Shown here: positions 15,853 through 25,811 of the stretch, piece by piece
Numbering within the stretch: the first letter of the stretch is position 1
Layout: every line of letters begins with the position of its first letter
Assembly: GCA_037143535.1 (NCBI GenBank)
Contig: JBAWYN010000001.1
Span: 1 to 55,966, forward strand
Reading direction: 5' to 3'
Length of the DNA stretch: 55,966 nt
Source of the DNA: Acidimicrobiaceae bacterium
Lineage (GTDB): Bacteria > Actinomycetota > Acidimicrobiia > Acidimicrobiales > RAAP-2
The notes under the pieces: model-generated
What the model was told of the DNA's origin: nothing
Seen by the model: only the letters and a program-made list of their open reading frames with translations
Database searches by the model: none
Program-made: the position numbers and the translations under genes

Positions 15853-17340
15853 CTACCCGTTCATTGCCTTAAGGAGTGCACTTGCTGTTGGATTCTTTTC
15901 TAGCAAGTCTTGAGTGAGCTCTGCTGTACCTCTCAAAGGATCAAGCATTGGAACCCTCTGAAGTGGTCCTTCACCCAGGTCAAAGACCAGTGAATCCCAG
16001 TTAGCAGCCACAATTTGCTCTGGAAAGCGAGCGACGCATTGCCCGCGGAAATAGGCCCTGGTCGTCTTTGGTGGGTTGTGAACGGCTTCACTAACTTGCG
16101 CAGATGTGAACAGTTCCACCAGTCCGACTCTCTTAGCTAGGGACTTATCTTTGCGTAAATCGTGATATTGCAAATCAACAGCTCGCAGCTTGGCGTCGTT
16201 ATCAAGAAGGTTGTATCGATCCTTCAGTCCTTCAATGATTCGAAGTTTGGCAACCCAGTCAACACGGTCTGCAACCGAAGCAGGATTATCTCTGACGCCA
16301 TCGAGCATCTCTCGCCACTGTTTCATAATCAGAGATACTTCATCTTCGCTAGCAACATCTGGTGCGCCGGTCCTCTGCACAAATGAATCAGCAAGATTCC
16401 ACAACTCATCTTGGAAATCCCAGGCGGTTCTTTTCTTACCGTCCTCGCAGAGCACTGCATGTGTCAGCGAAGTGTCTATTGCGAATGATCGAACGCTTTG
16501 TACTGGATGCACTGGCATGCTTGGAAAGACTCTGGCCCCCTCGGCTTCTAACAGTGAGAGCAGTAGTGAAGTTGAACCGAGCTTTACAAATGTTGCCACT
16601 TGACTCATATTGGCGTCGCCAATAATGACGTGCAGTCTCCGGTAGCGCTCCGCATCGCTATGTGGTTCATCTCGGGTGTTAACGATCGGGCGCTTGAGCG
16701 TTGTCTCGAGGCCGACAACTTCTTCGAAGAACTCAGCACGCTGACTTATTTGAAAGGAGGGATTGACTTCGAGGCCATCTTCAGTCTCAGCCCCAACCTT
16801 GCCGGCGCCGAAGATGATTTGCCTGGAGACGAAGTGTGGAACGACTGCAGCTACCACTTCTTTGAATTCCAGGTTCCTGCTCAGTAGGTAGTTCTCATGT
16901 GTTCCGTATGAATTGCCCTTGCCGTCGCAATTGTTTTTATACAGTGTCATGCGCATCGACGGATCGAGAGACTGATTAGAAACATTCATTGCTCGAAGCA
17001 TGACTTCTTCACCCGCTACGTCAAACAGCGTTGCTTCGAGTGGCGTTCGACATTCTGGTGACGAGTACTCAGGGTGTGCATGATCGACGTAGAGTCGCGC
17101 ACCATTCGTAAGAACGGTATTGGCGAGATGCGTCTCAACGATTGGGGCGAAGGATGTGAAATTTAAAACACCTCTTGAGTCGGAGCTTGGACTTTCACTA
17201 TCGAAGTCCCAGTTGATACGAGTTCTTCCCTCTAGGGCGTACGCATTAACAATGATGCTGGAAGCCAGGATTGGATCTTGCTCAGGACCACCAGCGATGC
17301 CGTACTCAGTCTCAATACCGAGAACTTTTGGAACCTGCAT
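15853..17340 (-). CDS. dop: Depupylase/deamidase Dop
   Basis: GIETEYGI, NGARLYVDHAHPEYS, AANWDS; lies between arc and pup. Confidence 0.96.
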   Translation of the reverse strand: MQVPKVLGIETEYGIAGGPEQDPILASSIIVNAYALEGRTRINWDFDSESPSSDSRGVLNFTSFAPIVETHLANTVLTNGARLYVDHAHPEYSSPECRTPLEATLFDVAGEEVMLRAMNVSNQSLDPSMRMTLYKNNCDGKGNSYGTHENYLLSRNLEFKEVVAAVVPHFVSRQIIFGAGKVGAETEDGLEVNPSFQISQRAEFFEEVVGLETTLKRPIVNTRDEPHSDAERYRRLHVIIGDANMSQVATFVKLGSTSLLLSLLEAEGARVFPSMPVHPVQSVRSFAIDTSLTHAVLCEDGKKRTAWDFQDELWNLADSFVQRTGAPDVASEDEVSLIMKQWREMLDGVRDNPASVADRVDWVAKLRIIEGLKDRYNLLDNDAKLRAVDLQYHDLRKDKSLAKRVGLVELFTSAQVSEAVHNPPKTTRAYFRGQCVARFPEQIVAANWDSLVFDLGEGPLQRVPMLDPLRGTAELTQDLLEKNPTASALLKAMNG

Positions 17341-17343
17341 GAT

Positions 17344-19080
17344 TTAGAGGTACTGGCCGGTACCGACGTGCTGGATTGAGCGACCACCCTTGACGTCTGT
17401 TTCCTCACGATTGATGAGCGTGCGAATGAAGATAATTCGCTCACCCTTCTTCCCAGAGATGCGAGCCCAATCGTCAGGATTTGTTGTGTTCGGAAGATCC
17501 TCATTCTCGCGGAATTCTTGGCGAATTGATTCCAAGAGGTCTTCGGTGCGTACACCTTTGCCCTTCGAGGCAATCTCACGCTTCACAGCGAGTTTCTTGG
17601 CGCGTCGCACAACGTTTTCAATCATGGCTCCGCTTGCAAAGTCTTTGAAGTACAGAATTTCTTTGTCGCCACCTTGATAGGTGACTTCAAGGAATCTGTT
17701 GGTGTCGTCTATCAAGTACATGTTCTCGACTGTTTGCTCAATCATGAGACGCACTGCCTTATCGCGGTCTCCGCCACCAAGTTCTTGGATGATTGCATCA
17801 TCAATCGGGAGATCTGAGTGCAGGTAGCGATGAAATATTTGAGCAGCAGCTTCTTCGTTTGGTCTTTCGATCTTGATCTTGACGTCGAGTCGACCCGGGC
17901 GAAGAATCGCAGGGTCAATGAGGTCTTCTCTGTTGGTGGCTCCAATAACGATGACGTCACGGAGTGATTCAACACCGTCGATTTCAGCGAGCAACTGGGG
18001 AACAATGGTGCTTTCCATGTCTGAAGAAATTCCAGTTCCTCTGGTTCTAAAGAGTGAGTCCATTTCGTCAAAGAAGATGATGACTGGTGTTCCCTCTTCG
18101 GCCTTTTCTCGTGCACGCTGGAATACCAGTCGAATTTGGCGCTCTGTCTCGCCAACGTACTTGTTCAGAAGTTCAGGTCCCTTGATGTTCAGAAAGTACG
18201 AACGAACGTTTTTGTTTCCCGAGAGCTCGGCAACTTTCTTTGATAGCGAATTGGCAACGGCCTTGGCAATGAGAGTCTTTCCACATCCCGGAGGGCCATA
18301 GAGAAGGATTCCCTTTGGTGCAGGTAGCTCGTAGTCCTGGAATAGGGCTCGGTGCAGATAAGGAAGTTCAACAGCGTCAGTAATTAACTCAATTTGCGCG
18401 TCAAGTCCTCCAATGTCCTCATACGAGATGTCTGGAACCTCTTCAAGAACAAGCTCTTCAGACTCTGGTCGAGCGATTTTTTCCACCAAGAGGTTTGACC
18501 TGGTGTCAAAAAGCAACGCATCGCCAGCACGCAACTTTGTTTCTTTGAGTGATTCTGCAATTTCAACGACACGCTCTTCGTCAGCTCTGCCATAAACAAG
18601 CACACGACGTTCGTCGAGAACGTCTTTCACTGTGACAACTTCACCCTGTCCGTCAGATTCGCGAACGGCAATTACGGAGAATGACTCGTTAAGGATGACT
18701 TCATCGCCACGTCTCACATCACTTGGTGTAATTCCCGGAAGAATTGAAACGCGCATCTTTCTTCCCTGCGCGTAGATGTCTACGGTGTTGTCGTCATTAA
18801 ATGCAATGAATGTTCCGTACACCGCAGGCGGCATTGTTAACTTCTCAACCTCTTCTCGCAAGATGGCAATCTGGTCGCGAGTTTGTTGAATTGTCATTGT
18901 CAACTTCTCGTTGTTCGAACGAGTTTGAGATAGCTGGCCTCTCGCTTCAAGAAGCTGCTCTTCAAGAACCTCAATACGGTGATTGGCTTGTTCGATGTTG
19001 TTGAGCACGAAGTCTTGTGCGCCTAAGACGACAATCTGGTCTTCATTGTTTTCGGGCTGAATCTCATCGTGGCGGTCCAT
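17344..19080 (-). CDS. arc: Proteasome AAA ATPase ARC/Mpa
   Basis: Coiled coil, [15 protein letters not shown]-terminal GQYL. Confidence 0.97.
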   Translation of the reverse strand: MDRHDEIQPENNEDQIVVLGAQDFVLNNIEQANHRIEVLEEQLLEARGQLSQTRSNNEKLTMTIQQTRDQIAILREEVEKLTMPPAVYGTFIAFNDDNTVDIYAQGRKMRVSILPGITPSDVRRGDEVILNESFSVIAVRESDGQGEVVTVKDVLDERRVLVYGRADEERVVEIAESLKETKLRAGDALLFDTRSNLLVEKIARPESEELVLEEVPDISYEDIGGLDAQIELITDAVELPYLHRALFQDYELPAPKGILLYGPPGCGKTLIAKAVANSLSKKVAELSGNKNVRSYFLNIKGPELLNKYVGETERQIRLVFQRAREKAEEGTPVIIFFDEMDSLFRTRGTGISSDMESTIVPQLLAEIDGVESLRDVIVIGATNREDLIDPAILRPGRLDVKIKIERPNEEAAAQIFHRYLHSDLPIDDAIIQELGGGDRDKAVRLMIEQTVENMYLIDDTNRFLEVTYQGGDKEILYFKDFASGAMIENVVRRAKKLAVKREIASKGKGVRTEDLLESIRQEFRENEDLPNTTNPDDWARISGKKGERIIFIRTLINREETDVKGGRSIQHVGTGQYL

Positions 19081-19178
19081 TTCTTTACCCTAGGGGAACT
19101 TTTGACCGGTTTCAAAGTTATTGAGGCCCAGAAGTTCCCGCTAAAGTAAATGAATCACTTAGGCCACGGAGGCATGCA

Positions 19179-19415
19179 ATGAAGGTTTGGATCGACCAAG
19201 ATCTGTGCACAGGAGACGGACTCTGCGAAGAGATCTGCCCATCTGTCTTCACACTCCTTGACGATGGCCTGGCCTACGTTAAGCAAGACGGTCAAGTGAA
19301 GGACTCACCCGGTGGCGCCGAAGGGCTTGCTGTTGTTCCGGCAGAGTTTGAAGAAGCAGTTGTTGAGGCCTCAGAAGAGTGCCCTGGCGAATGCATCTTT
19401 ATTGAAAAGGACTAG
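19179..19415 (+). CDS. Monocluster ferredoxin
   Basis: CTGDGLCEEICP...CPGECI; GGAGG SD upstream. Confidence 0.92.
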   Translation: MKVWIDQDLCTGDGLCEEICPSVFTLLDDGLAYVKQDGQVKDSPGGAEGLAVVPAEFEEAVVEASEECPGECIFIEKD

Positions 19416-20197
19416 TCCTTTTGTGGTCGACCTACGAGTCGGCGTGCTGAAGTAAGAAATCCTGTGTGTCCAACCATCCTGTGATCTGGACGAACTGATC
19501 TTCCATCGATGTGCCATGTGCGTCGGAAAATTTCGACTGTTTCTTCAAGTCCAAATTGATATTTGCGGAGCGTTTCGCGAAATAGTTGCGTCTGATTGAT
19601 CGTTGGAAGATACGCCAGCAAAATTCCACCTGGACGAAGCGCCTTTTCTGCGTGTTCGACAACCAGTGACGGCTCGGGCATGTCGAGAATGATGCGGTCG
19701 AGGTCTACTTCATCGATGCCAAGTGTGACGTCACGTATGTGAATGTCATAGTGAACATCTTCACCGAGATACTCACGTACAGTTTTCTTCGCGTGCTCAG
19801 CGAAGTCTTCTCTGATTTCATATCCCGTGATCAAAGCACCGGCTCGTAGAAGAGTCATTGACAGCGCACCTGAGCCAACACCAGCTTCTAGTACGCGCAT
19901 TCCGGGTCCAATGTCAGCCTGCATGAGAATTGTTCCGAGGTCTTTTGGATAGATAACTTGAGCTCCGCGCGGCATCTTCAAGATAACTTCAGAAAGTGTT
20001 GGGCGAACCACCAGGAAACTTCGCTCAGTGTTGCCTTTGATGAGTGAACCCTCGACGGCACCAATTACGTCATTGTGTTGAATGATGCCGGCGTGGGTGT
20101 GAAACGCAGCGTCTGGCTTCAGCGTGATTAGATACTGACGATCTTTCGCGTCAATGAGCATCACGCGCTCGCCTGCCTGAAGAATTGCCTTACTCAT
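19412..20197 (-). CDS. trmI: tRNA (adenine58-N1)-methyltransferase
   Basis: MPRGAQVIYPKD, EAGVGSGAL, LDMPEP, VRPDHRMVGHTGFL. Confidence 0.95.
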   Translation of the reverse strand: MSKAILQAGERVMLIDAKDRQYLITLKPDAAFHTHAGIIQHNDVIGAVEGSLIKGNTERSFLVVRPTLSEVILKMPRGAQVIYPKDLGTILMQADIGPGMRVLEAGVGSGALSMTLLRAGALITGYEIREDFAEHAKKTVREYLGEDVHYDIHIRDVTLGIDEVDLDRIILDMPEPSLVVEHAEKALRPGGILLAYLPTINQTQLFRETLRKYQFGLEETVEIFRRTWHIDGRSVRPDHRMVGHTGFLTSARRLVGRPQKD

Positions 20198-20364
20198 GCG
20201 TGCTTTCCCTTTTTCTTTTGAGCACCAGAAGTTGCAGCGCGCTTATCAATGAATCTGAACAACAAAATTCCTGCGACGACGCTTAGCCACTTTGGTGACT
20301 TCTGTGCCCAAGCTCGACCAAAGGACGAAGCAAGAAGTACTCGAAATAATCTTTTAAGAATCAA
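20194..20364 (-). CDS. Small basic membrane protein (56 aa)
   Basis: Manual translation MILKRLFRVLLASSFGRAWAQKSPKWLSVVAGILLFRFIDKRAATSGAQKKKGKHA; TTGA and ATGA overlaps with both neighbours; not in ORF track. Confidence 0.65.
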   Translation of the reverse strand: MILKRLFRVLLASSFGRAWAQKSPKWLSVVAGILLFRFIDKRAATSGAQKKKGKHA

Positions 20365-20552
20365 CGCCGAGCCTTGCCCGATTTACGCCCTCTAAGAAAT
20401 CCCCAAAGGTAGCCAGTGAAAAGTCCACCAAGGCCGATTGCGGCGATGTTGGGAGTCTCTCCGTCGGCTTTCTCACCAAGGGAGACATCTTCTGGCAACA
20501 GTGAACGAACTGAACGTTCTAATTCCAAACGAGTTTCTGATTTGTCGCGCAT
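20361..20552 (-). CDS. Small membrane-anchored protein (63 aa)
   Basis: Charged N-terminal helix, C-terminal TM and basic tail; tightly packed in the gene run. Confidence 0.65.
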   Translation of the reverse strand: MRDKSETRLELERSVRSLLPEDVSLGEKADGETPNIAAIGLGGLFTGYLWGFLRGRKSGKARR

Positions 20553-20554
20553 AC

Positions 20555-20902
20555 TTATTTCTCAAGTCGACGCTTGGCAACGCCACTGGAGATTCTCCAT
20601 GCAGTGAGTGCGAGAACAATTGCACTGGCGGCTGCAACAACTAGATACGGGATCCAAGAAAGTGTTCCGTTTAGTACTGGGAACTGAGTTTGGAGAAATC
20701 TAAGAAGCCCAAAGAGGAGAAGCGCTGTTCCAGTTCCAACGAAGATGCTGCCGATTGCCCCAAAGATCATGTAGCGACCAAGCTCTTTGATTGGCTTTAC
20801 GGTTTCTTCTTTGATGTAGCGAACGGCGAGATCTTTGATGTCTTCAATGTCTTTTTGAAGAGATGCTCCTCGAAGAAGCTTGCGCCAGGATGACTTTTCC
20901 AT
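20555..20902 (-). CDS. Two-TM membrane protein (YqjE/DUF1469 holin-superfamily-like)
   Basis: DLAVRYIKEET then two TM helices; TAGGAT -10 at leaderless spacing. Confidence 0.65.
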   Translation of the reverse strand: MEKSSWRKLLRGASLQKDIEDIKDLAVRYIKEETVKPIKELGRYMIFGAIGSIFVGTGTALLLFGLLRFLQTQFPVLNGTLSWIPYLVVAAASAIVLALTAWRISSGVAKRRLEK

Positions 20903-20911
20903 TAACTAATC

Positions 20912-21310
20912 CTACTCAGAGCGTTCTTTAATTAGATAGGAAGAACTAGCAGTAGCGATCAAAAGACCTGATTCATCGGTGACCTTTGCTTCAAGAAACG
21001 AAATGACACTTCCTGGCTTGAGTACTTGTGCTGTGCAGGTCAGTGTTGATCCAAGCTTGGCCGGACGCATAAAGGACACCTTCATTTCAGTATTGGCAAC
21101 TGAGATGTTCTTCTTCCCCGCCCCGGTGACGGCACTCGCACCCATCGCTGAGTCGAGCATTGCGGCGATAAAACCACCCTGGACAATCCCTGCAGGGTTT
21201 AGAAAGCGTTCGTCAACCTTCATTGTCCACACTGTCTGACCAGGGACGCTCTTGTCAACGCAGGTAAGTCCGAGCGTCAGGTCGCAATTAGGTGGAATTT
21301 GTAGGGCCAT
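20912..21310 (-). CDS. PaaI family hotdog-fold thioesterase
   Basis: NPAGIVQGGFIAAMLDSAMG motif. Confidence 0.9.
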   Translation of the reverse strand: MALQIPPNCDLTLGLTCVDKSVPGQTVWTMKVDERFLNPAGIVQGGFIAAMLDSAMGASAVTGAGKKNISVANTEMKVSFMRPAKLGSTLTCTAQVLKPGSVISFLEAKVTDESGLLIATASSSYLIKERSE

Positions 21311-21372
21311 GACACAAGGCTACCCGTTAGGGCTCCCAAATCTGAAGGCCCAAATTCACTACTGTCTAGTGC

Positions 21373-23370
21373 ATGACTGACGAATTATTTAAGGGTGCAA
21401 CCGAACTCGAAGGTCGTGCAATAAGAGAAATTGCAGCCTTGGCAATGGACGCCCCCGCTGCAGCGAAATCAGGACACAGTGGCACCGCCATGGCACTCGC
21501 CCCTCTCGGAGTGATGCTGTTCTCTCGAATTCTTAAACACGACCCCACCGATGCAAAGTGGAGTGACCGAGACCGATTTATCTTGTCGTGCGGTCACGCA
21601 TCAATGCTGCAGTACGGTCTCGCACATGCCTTTGGCTACGACGTTCAAATTGAAGATCTCAAGGCTTTCCGCCAGCCGCACTCTCGTACCCCCGGCCACC
21701 CAGAAAATGGCGTTACTGACACTGTCGAAGTAACTACCGGTCCTCTCGGTCAGGGCATTGCTAATGGCGTGGGAATGGCAATTGCAGAACGAATACTTGC
21801 TGCTGACCATGGAACAGATTTCGTCGATCATCGAACCTGGGTTATTGCGGGTGACGGATGCCTCGAAGAAGGTATCAGTCACGAAGCTGCATCACTCGCT
21901 GGTTCGCTGGGCCTTGACAAGTTGACAGTTTTTTACGATGACAATCACATCACGATTGACGGACCAACTGAAATTGCAATGCGTGACGATGCTCCGGCAA
22001 GATTTGCTTCATACGGATGGCATGTCATCAACGTTGGCGAGAAAGCTAACGATCTTGACGCTCTTGAAGCTGCAACTCGTGCTGCGAGTGCTGAAACGTC
22101 ACGACCAACTCTGATTGTTGTTCGCTCTCACATTGGATACCCATCGCCCGCAATGATGGACAAGCGCGATGCGCACGGTTCAATTTTTAGCGCAGAAGTA
22201 ATTAGCGAAGCGAAGGCTCTTCTTGGCGTTCCAGACGCTGCTTTCCATCTTGATTCAGAACTCCCTTCACAAATGGTTGCTTCGCTTGAAGCAAATCGAT
22301 CGCTTCGTGCAGCTTGGGATGCACGCATCGCTGCCAGTGGCGAAAAAGGTATTGCCTTCCTCGAGCAGTTGAAGACAAATGGAGCTGGTGTCTTTACTGC
22401 CAAACCTGATCTGTATGAAGGTGGAAGCAACGTCGCCACTAGAAAAGCAATGCAGCGAGCAATGGATGTCTTTGCTCCACAGACCAAGGGTCTAACGGCT
22501 GGCTCGGCTGACCTGACGGACAACACCGGAGTTTTGTTAAATGCATCATCGGCTCAGTCGCACGACAACCCAGGTGGACGTCAGATCTATTACGGAATTC
22601 GCGAGTTCGCAATGGGCGCAGTGATGGTGGGTCAAGCCCTCCACGGTGGAATACGCCCACTCGGTTCGACATTCTTCGTATTCAGTGACTACGTTCGCCC
22701 AGCCATTCGCCTCTCAGCACTCAGCCATGCCGGAGTTATGTACGTCTTTACTCATGACTCTGTTGGTGTTGGCGAAGATGGCCCTACCCACCAACCGGTT
22801 GAACATTTGATGGCTCTTCGAGTGATGCCTTCAATTCACGTTGTGCGTCCATCGGATGCGAATGAGACTCTTAATCTTGTCGAGCACTACCTTGCAGACA
22901 AAAAGCCAGTAGTTACGGCACTCATCCTTAGTCGCCAGGACATGCCAGTTCTTGGTGGCGACGATGCAGCCGCTTCAGCAGCTGGAGCTCGTAACGGTGG
23001 CTACGTTCTGAGAGAACGTGATGATGCAGTGTTTACGCTCGTCGCTACAGGATCTGAAGTTTCGCACTGTCTTAAAGCTCAAGAGGAGCTGCTCGCAAAG
23101 GGCATTTCGACCAGAGTGGTTGCATTGCCGTGTTGGACCTGTTTCGAAGAACAGTCTGCTGACTACAAGAAGTCAGTTCTTCGTCGGTCAATTCCCTCCG
23201 TTTCACTCGAAGCCGGGGCAACTCTTGGTTGGTCTAAGTATGTAGATGAAGCGATTGGTATTGACACCTTCGGAATCTCTGCACCAGGTTCGTACGTGTT
23301 TGATTACTTCAACATCAATGCACAGACAGTTGTCTCACACGTCGAGAGAGTTCTTGGAGAGAAAAAGTGA
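21373..23370 (+). CDS. tkt: Transketolase
   Basis: SGHSG, DRFILSCGH, TTGPLGQG, GDGCLEEG, THDSVGVGEDGPTHQP. Confidence 0.97.
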   Translation: MTDELFKGATELEGRAIREIAALAMDAPAAAKSGHSGTAMALAPLGVMLFSRILKHDPTDAKWSDRDRFILSCGHASMLQYGLAHAFGYDVQIEDLKAFRQPHSRTPGHPENGVTDTVEVTTGPLGQGIANGVGMAIAERILAADHGTDFVDHRTWVIAGDGCLEEGISHEAASLAGSLGLDKLTVFYDDNHITIDGPTEIAMRDDAPARFASYGWHVINVGEKANDLDALEAATRAASAETSRPTLIVVRSHIGYPSPAMMDKRDAHGSIFSAEVISEAKALLGVPDAAFHLDSELPSQMVASLEANRSLRAAWDARIAASGEKGIAFLEQLKTNGAGVFTAKPDLYEGGSNVATRKAMQRAMDVFAPQTKGLTAGSADLTDNTGVLLNASSAQSHDNPGGRQIYYGIREFAMGAVMVGQALHGGIRPLGSTFFVFSDYVRPAIRLSALSHAGVMYVFTHDSVGVGEDGPTHQPVEHLMALRVMPSIHVVRPSDANETLNLVEHYLADKKPVVTALILSRQDMPVLGGDDAAASAAGARNGGYVLRERDDAVFTLVATGSEVSHCLKAQEELLAKGISTRVVALPCWTCFEEQSADYKKSVLRRSIPSVSLEAGATLGWSKYVDEAIGIDTFGISAPGSYVFDYFNINAQTVVSHVERVLGEKK

Positions 23371-24473
23371 CCACACTTAATTCACTGTTTAACGACTACG
23401 GACAGAGCCCTTGGATCGACAACATTCGCAGGGACTGGTTGAATGACGGCACACTTGCTCGTCTTGTTGAACAAGGTGTTCGTGGTGTTACCTCCAACCC
23501 GGCAATTTTCGCTAAAGCTTTTGCAACAAGTTCCGCCTATGACCAGTTCCTAAACGGAATGAAGGGCAAGGATGTTGAAGAACTGTTCGAAGAGCTTGCT
23601 GTGGTCGATGTCAGGGATGCTTGCGACGTCCTAAAGGGCGTTCACGAAGCGTCATTTTCTGATTTTCAAGATACGAAGTATCGCTACTGTGACGGTTTTG
23701 TTTCTCTAGAGGTATCTCCTCGTCTGGCTCGAGATACTGCTGGAACAATTGCTGCAGCGCTGAAGCTCAACAAGGCAGTTGGACGAAGCAACGTAATGAT
23801 CAAGATCCCAGCTACCAACGAAGGTCTTCCAGCGATTACAGAAGTTCTTGGAGCTGGAATAAATGTCAACGTCACATTGATCTTCTCTGTTGAACGCTAT
23901 TCAGAAGTACTCAATGCTTGGATGGACGGCCTAGAGCTCGCCAAGAAAAACGGTCACGAACTCTCATCAATTGGAAGCGTTGCCTCCTTCTTCGTTTCTC
24001 GTGTTGATGCCGCAATTGATGCCCTACTTCCTGAAGGTGACGCTCGGCGTGGGACAACTGCCAATGCGCAAGTTGCAGCTGCGTATGCGTTGTATCTGGA
24101 GAGAATCAATGGTTCACGAGCCAAGGCTCTCATCGCTGATGGTGCTCAGGTGCAGCGTCCACTGTGGGCATCAACGGCAACAAAGAATCCAACGTATTAC
24201 GACCTTCTCTATGTTGACTCAATCGCAGCAAATGAGACAGTCAACACGATGCCGGATCCAACACTTGAAGGCGTTCTAGATCATGGCAACTTCTCTTCGT
24301 CACTGCTTCAGAACGCTGCAAGCATTGTCAAAGCAGCTTCACTCCTCTATGAGCTTCCGAGTGACATCTCGCTTAGCGCTGTGACAGACAAGCTTGAAGC
24401 CGACGGAGTGCAGAGCTTTATTGACTCCTACGCAGATCTTTTGAAAACAGTTGCCGACAAAGTAAACGGCTAG
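23367..24473 (+). CDS. tal: Transaldolase
   Basis: GQSPWID, GVTSNPAIF, MIKIPAT, SFFVSRVD, QRPLWAST. Confidence 0.96.
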   Translation: MTTLNSLFNDYGQSPWIDNIRRDWLNDGTLARLVEQGVRGVTSNPAIFAKAFATSSAYDQFLNGMKGKDVEELFEELAVVDVRDACDVLKGVHEASFSDFQDTKYRYCDGFVSLEVSPRLARDTAGTIAAALKLNKAVGRSNVMIKIPATNEGLPAITEVLGAGINVNVTLIFSVERYSEVLNAWMDGLELAKKNGHELSSIGSVASFFVSRVDAAIDALLPEGDARRGTTANAQVAAAYALYLERINGSRAKALIADGAQVQRPLWASTATKNPTYYDLLYVDSIAANETVNTMPDPTLEGVLDHGNFSSSLLQNAASIVKAASLLYELPSDISLSAVTDKLEADGVQSFIDSYADLLKTVADKVNG

Positions 24474-24476
24474 TTG

Positions 24477-25796
24477 ATGTCAAATTCGGAAATTATTCAG
24501 CGGGTTCTGAAGGGAGATCCTTCGCTCTTTGAAGGTTCGACTGCAGAGAATTCACTTGGATGGTTACGTCACCCCGAAATGTATCTCGGAGAGTGGCTTG
24601 ATGACATTGCAGAGAAGCTCCCTCGCCGCCATGAAATGACTGTCCTTCTTGGTGTCGGTGGCTCGTCAGGACCTGGTCTGTTCTTCGCAGAAGCGAAACA
24701 AGCTACAAAGCTCCATGTCCTAGACACTTCAAATCCGGATTCAATTAATGACGTGCAATTCTCAAATGCAACAGTTATTGCCGCATCGAAGTCCGGCGCG
24801 ACAATCGAAACATTGAGTTTGCTGTCCTACGCACTTGAAAGCGGACTCCTCGCCGAAGACCTCGTCATCATCACTGACCCCGGAACTGCACTCGCTGCAG
24901 TTGGTGAAAAACTTGGCTGTCTTGTGATCGACGGTGACGTTGATACTGGTGGAAGGTTTTCAGCTCTCTCACCGTTTGGTCTCGTCCCAGCTCTGTATGC
25001 CGGATGGACTCCGGAAACATTGCGCAGTGAGTTGTCAGAATCTTTTTTGAACGCTGATGTTGTTGGTCACGCTTTCGAGGAAGCGGCAATTCATGCTGCA
25101 GACGTGAACTTCGGACACGGAAATTTTTCTCTCACAGCCAATCCCGTTACATCTGGTGGTGCAATGTGGCTTGAGCAGTTGATTGCTGAAACAACTGGAA
25201 AGCACGATCGCGGCTTCATACCCATTTACGAATCAACCACCAAAAAATATGAACCATCTCAGATCATGCACTATCACTTGGTTGCATCCCTTCTCGCCTG
25301 GCATCTTGGTGTCGATCCGTTCAATCAGCCAAATGTTGACGCGGTGAAGACTTCAGTTTTCGAGCTCCTCGAGAACAAGATCGAATGGACTCCTCCAGAA
25401 TTTGACGAGGAAGATTTGAAGCATGATTTCAATGCCGCGACTTATCGAACATTGCAGGTCTATGGACCTCTCAGCATTGCAGGGGCTCTAAGCGACCTGC
25501 AATCACGTGTTCAGAAAAAGTATGGAACTACAACTGCAAACTTAGGACCGAGGTATTTGCACTCAACGGGCCAGCTCCATAAGGGCGGTCCAAAAAACAT
25601 CGCGGCCCTCCAGATTGTCATCCGACCAACCTCCAAGCCTTTGCCAATTCCAGGGTCAACGCCCGAGTCGACGTTCCAAGATCTGCACATGGCCCAGGCA
25701 ATCAGTGACTTCAAGGCAATGATTACCAGCGGCCGTCATGTAGCCCAAATAATCGTTGATGACCTGAGCGAAGTGGCTCAGCTATTAGCTCTTTAG
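24477..25796 (+). CDS. pgi: Glucose-6-phosphate isomerase (short form, type usually fused to Tal)
   Basis: LGWL, GVGGS, SKSGATIET, GGRFSALS, EQLIAETTGK, PFNQPNV, GPRYLHSTGQLHKGG. Confidence 0.85.
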   Translation: MSNSEIIQRVLKGDPSLFEGSTAENSLGWLRHPEMYLGEWLDDIAEKLPRRHEMTVLLGVGGSSGPGLFFAEAKQATKLHVLDTSNPDSINDVQFSNATVIAASKSGATIETLSLLSYALESGLLAEDLVIITDPGTALAAVGEKLGCLVIDGDVDTGGRFSALSPFGLVPALYAGWTPETLRSELSESFLNADVVGHAFEEAAIHAADVNFGHGNFSLTANPVTSGGAMWLEQLIAETTGKHDRGFIPIYESTTKKYEPSQIMHYHLVASLLAWHLGVDPFNQPNVDAVKTSVFELLENKIEWTPPEFDEEDLKHDFNAATYRTLQVYGPLSIAGALSDLQSRVQKKYGTTTANLGPRYLHSTGQLHKGGPKNIAALQIVIRPTSKPLPIPGSTPESTFQDLHMAQAISDFKAMITSGRHVAQIIVDDLSEVAQLLAL

Positions 25797-25811
25797 TCCT
25801 AGGATGCTCGC

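Noticed and set aside
15844-17346. arc-dop and dop-pup are also in frame across their stop codons
   Set aside because: Readthrough would mask the essential free GQYL terminus of ARC and no such fusions are known to me; best treated as chance spacing
20555-20902. Holin-like protein as evidence of a prophage
   Set aside because: No endolysin, structural or integrase genes nearby; this membrane family is commonly chromosomal
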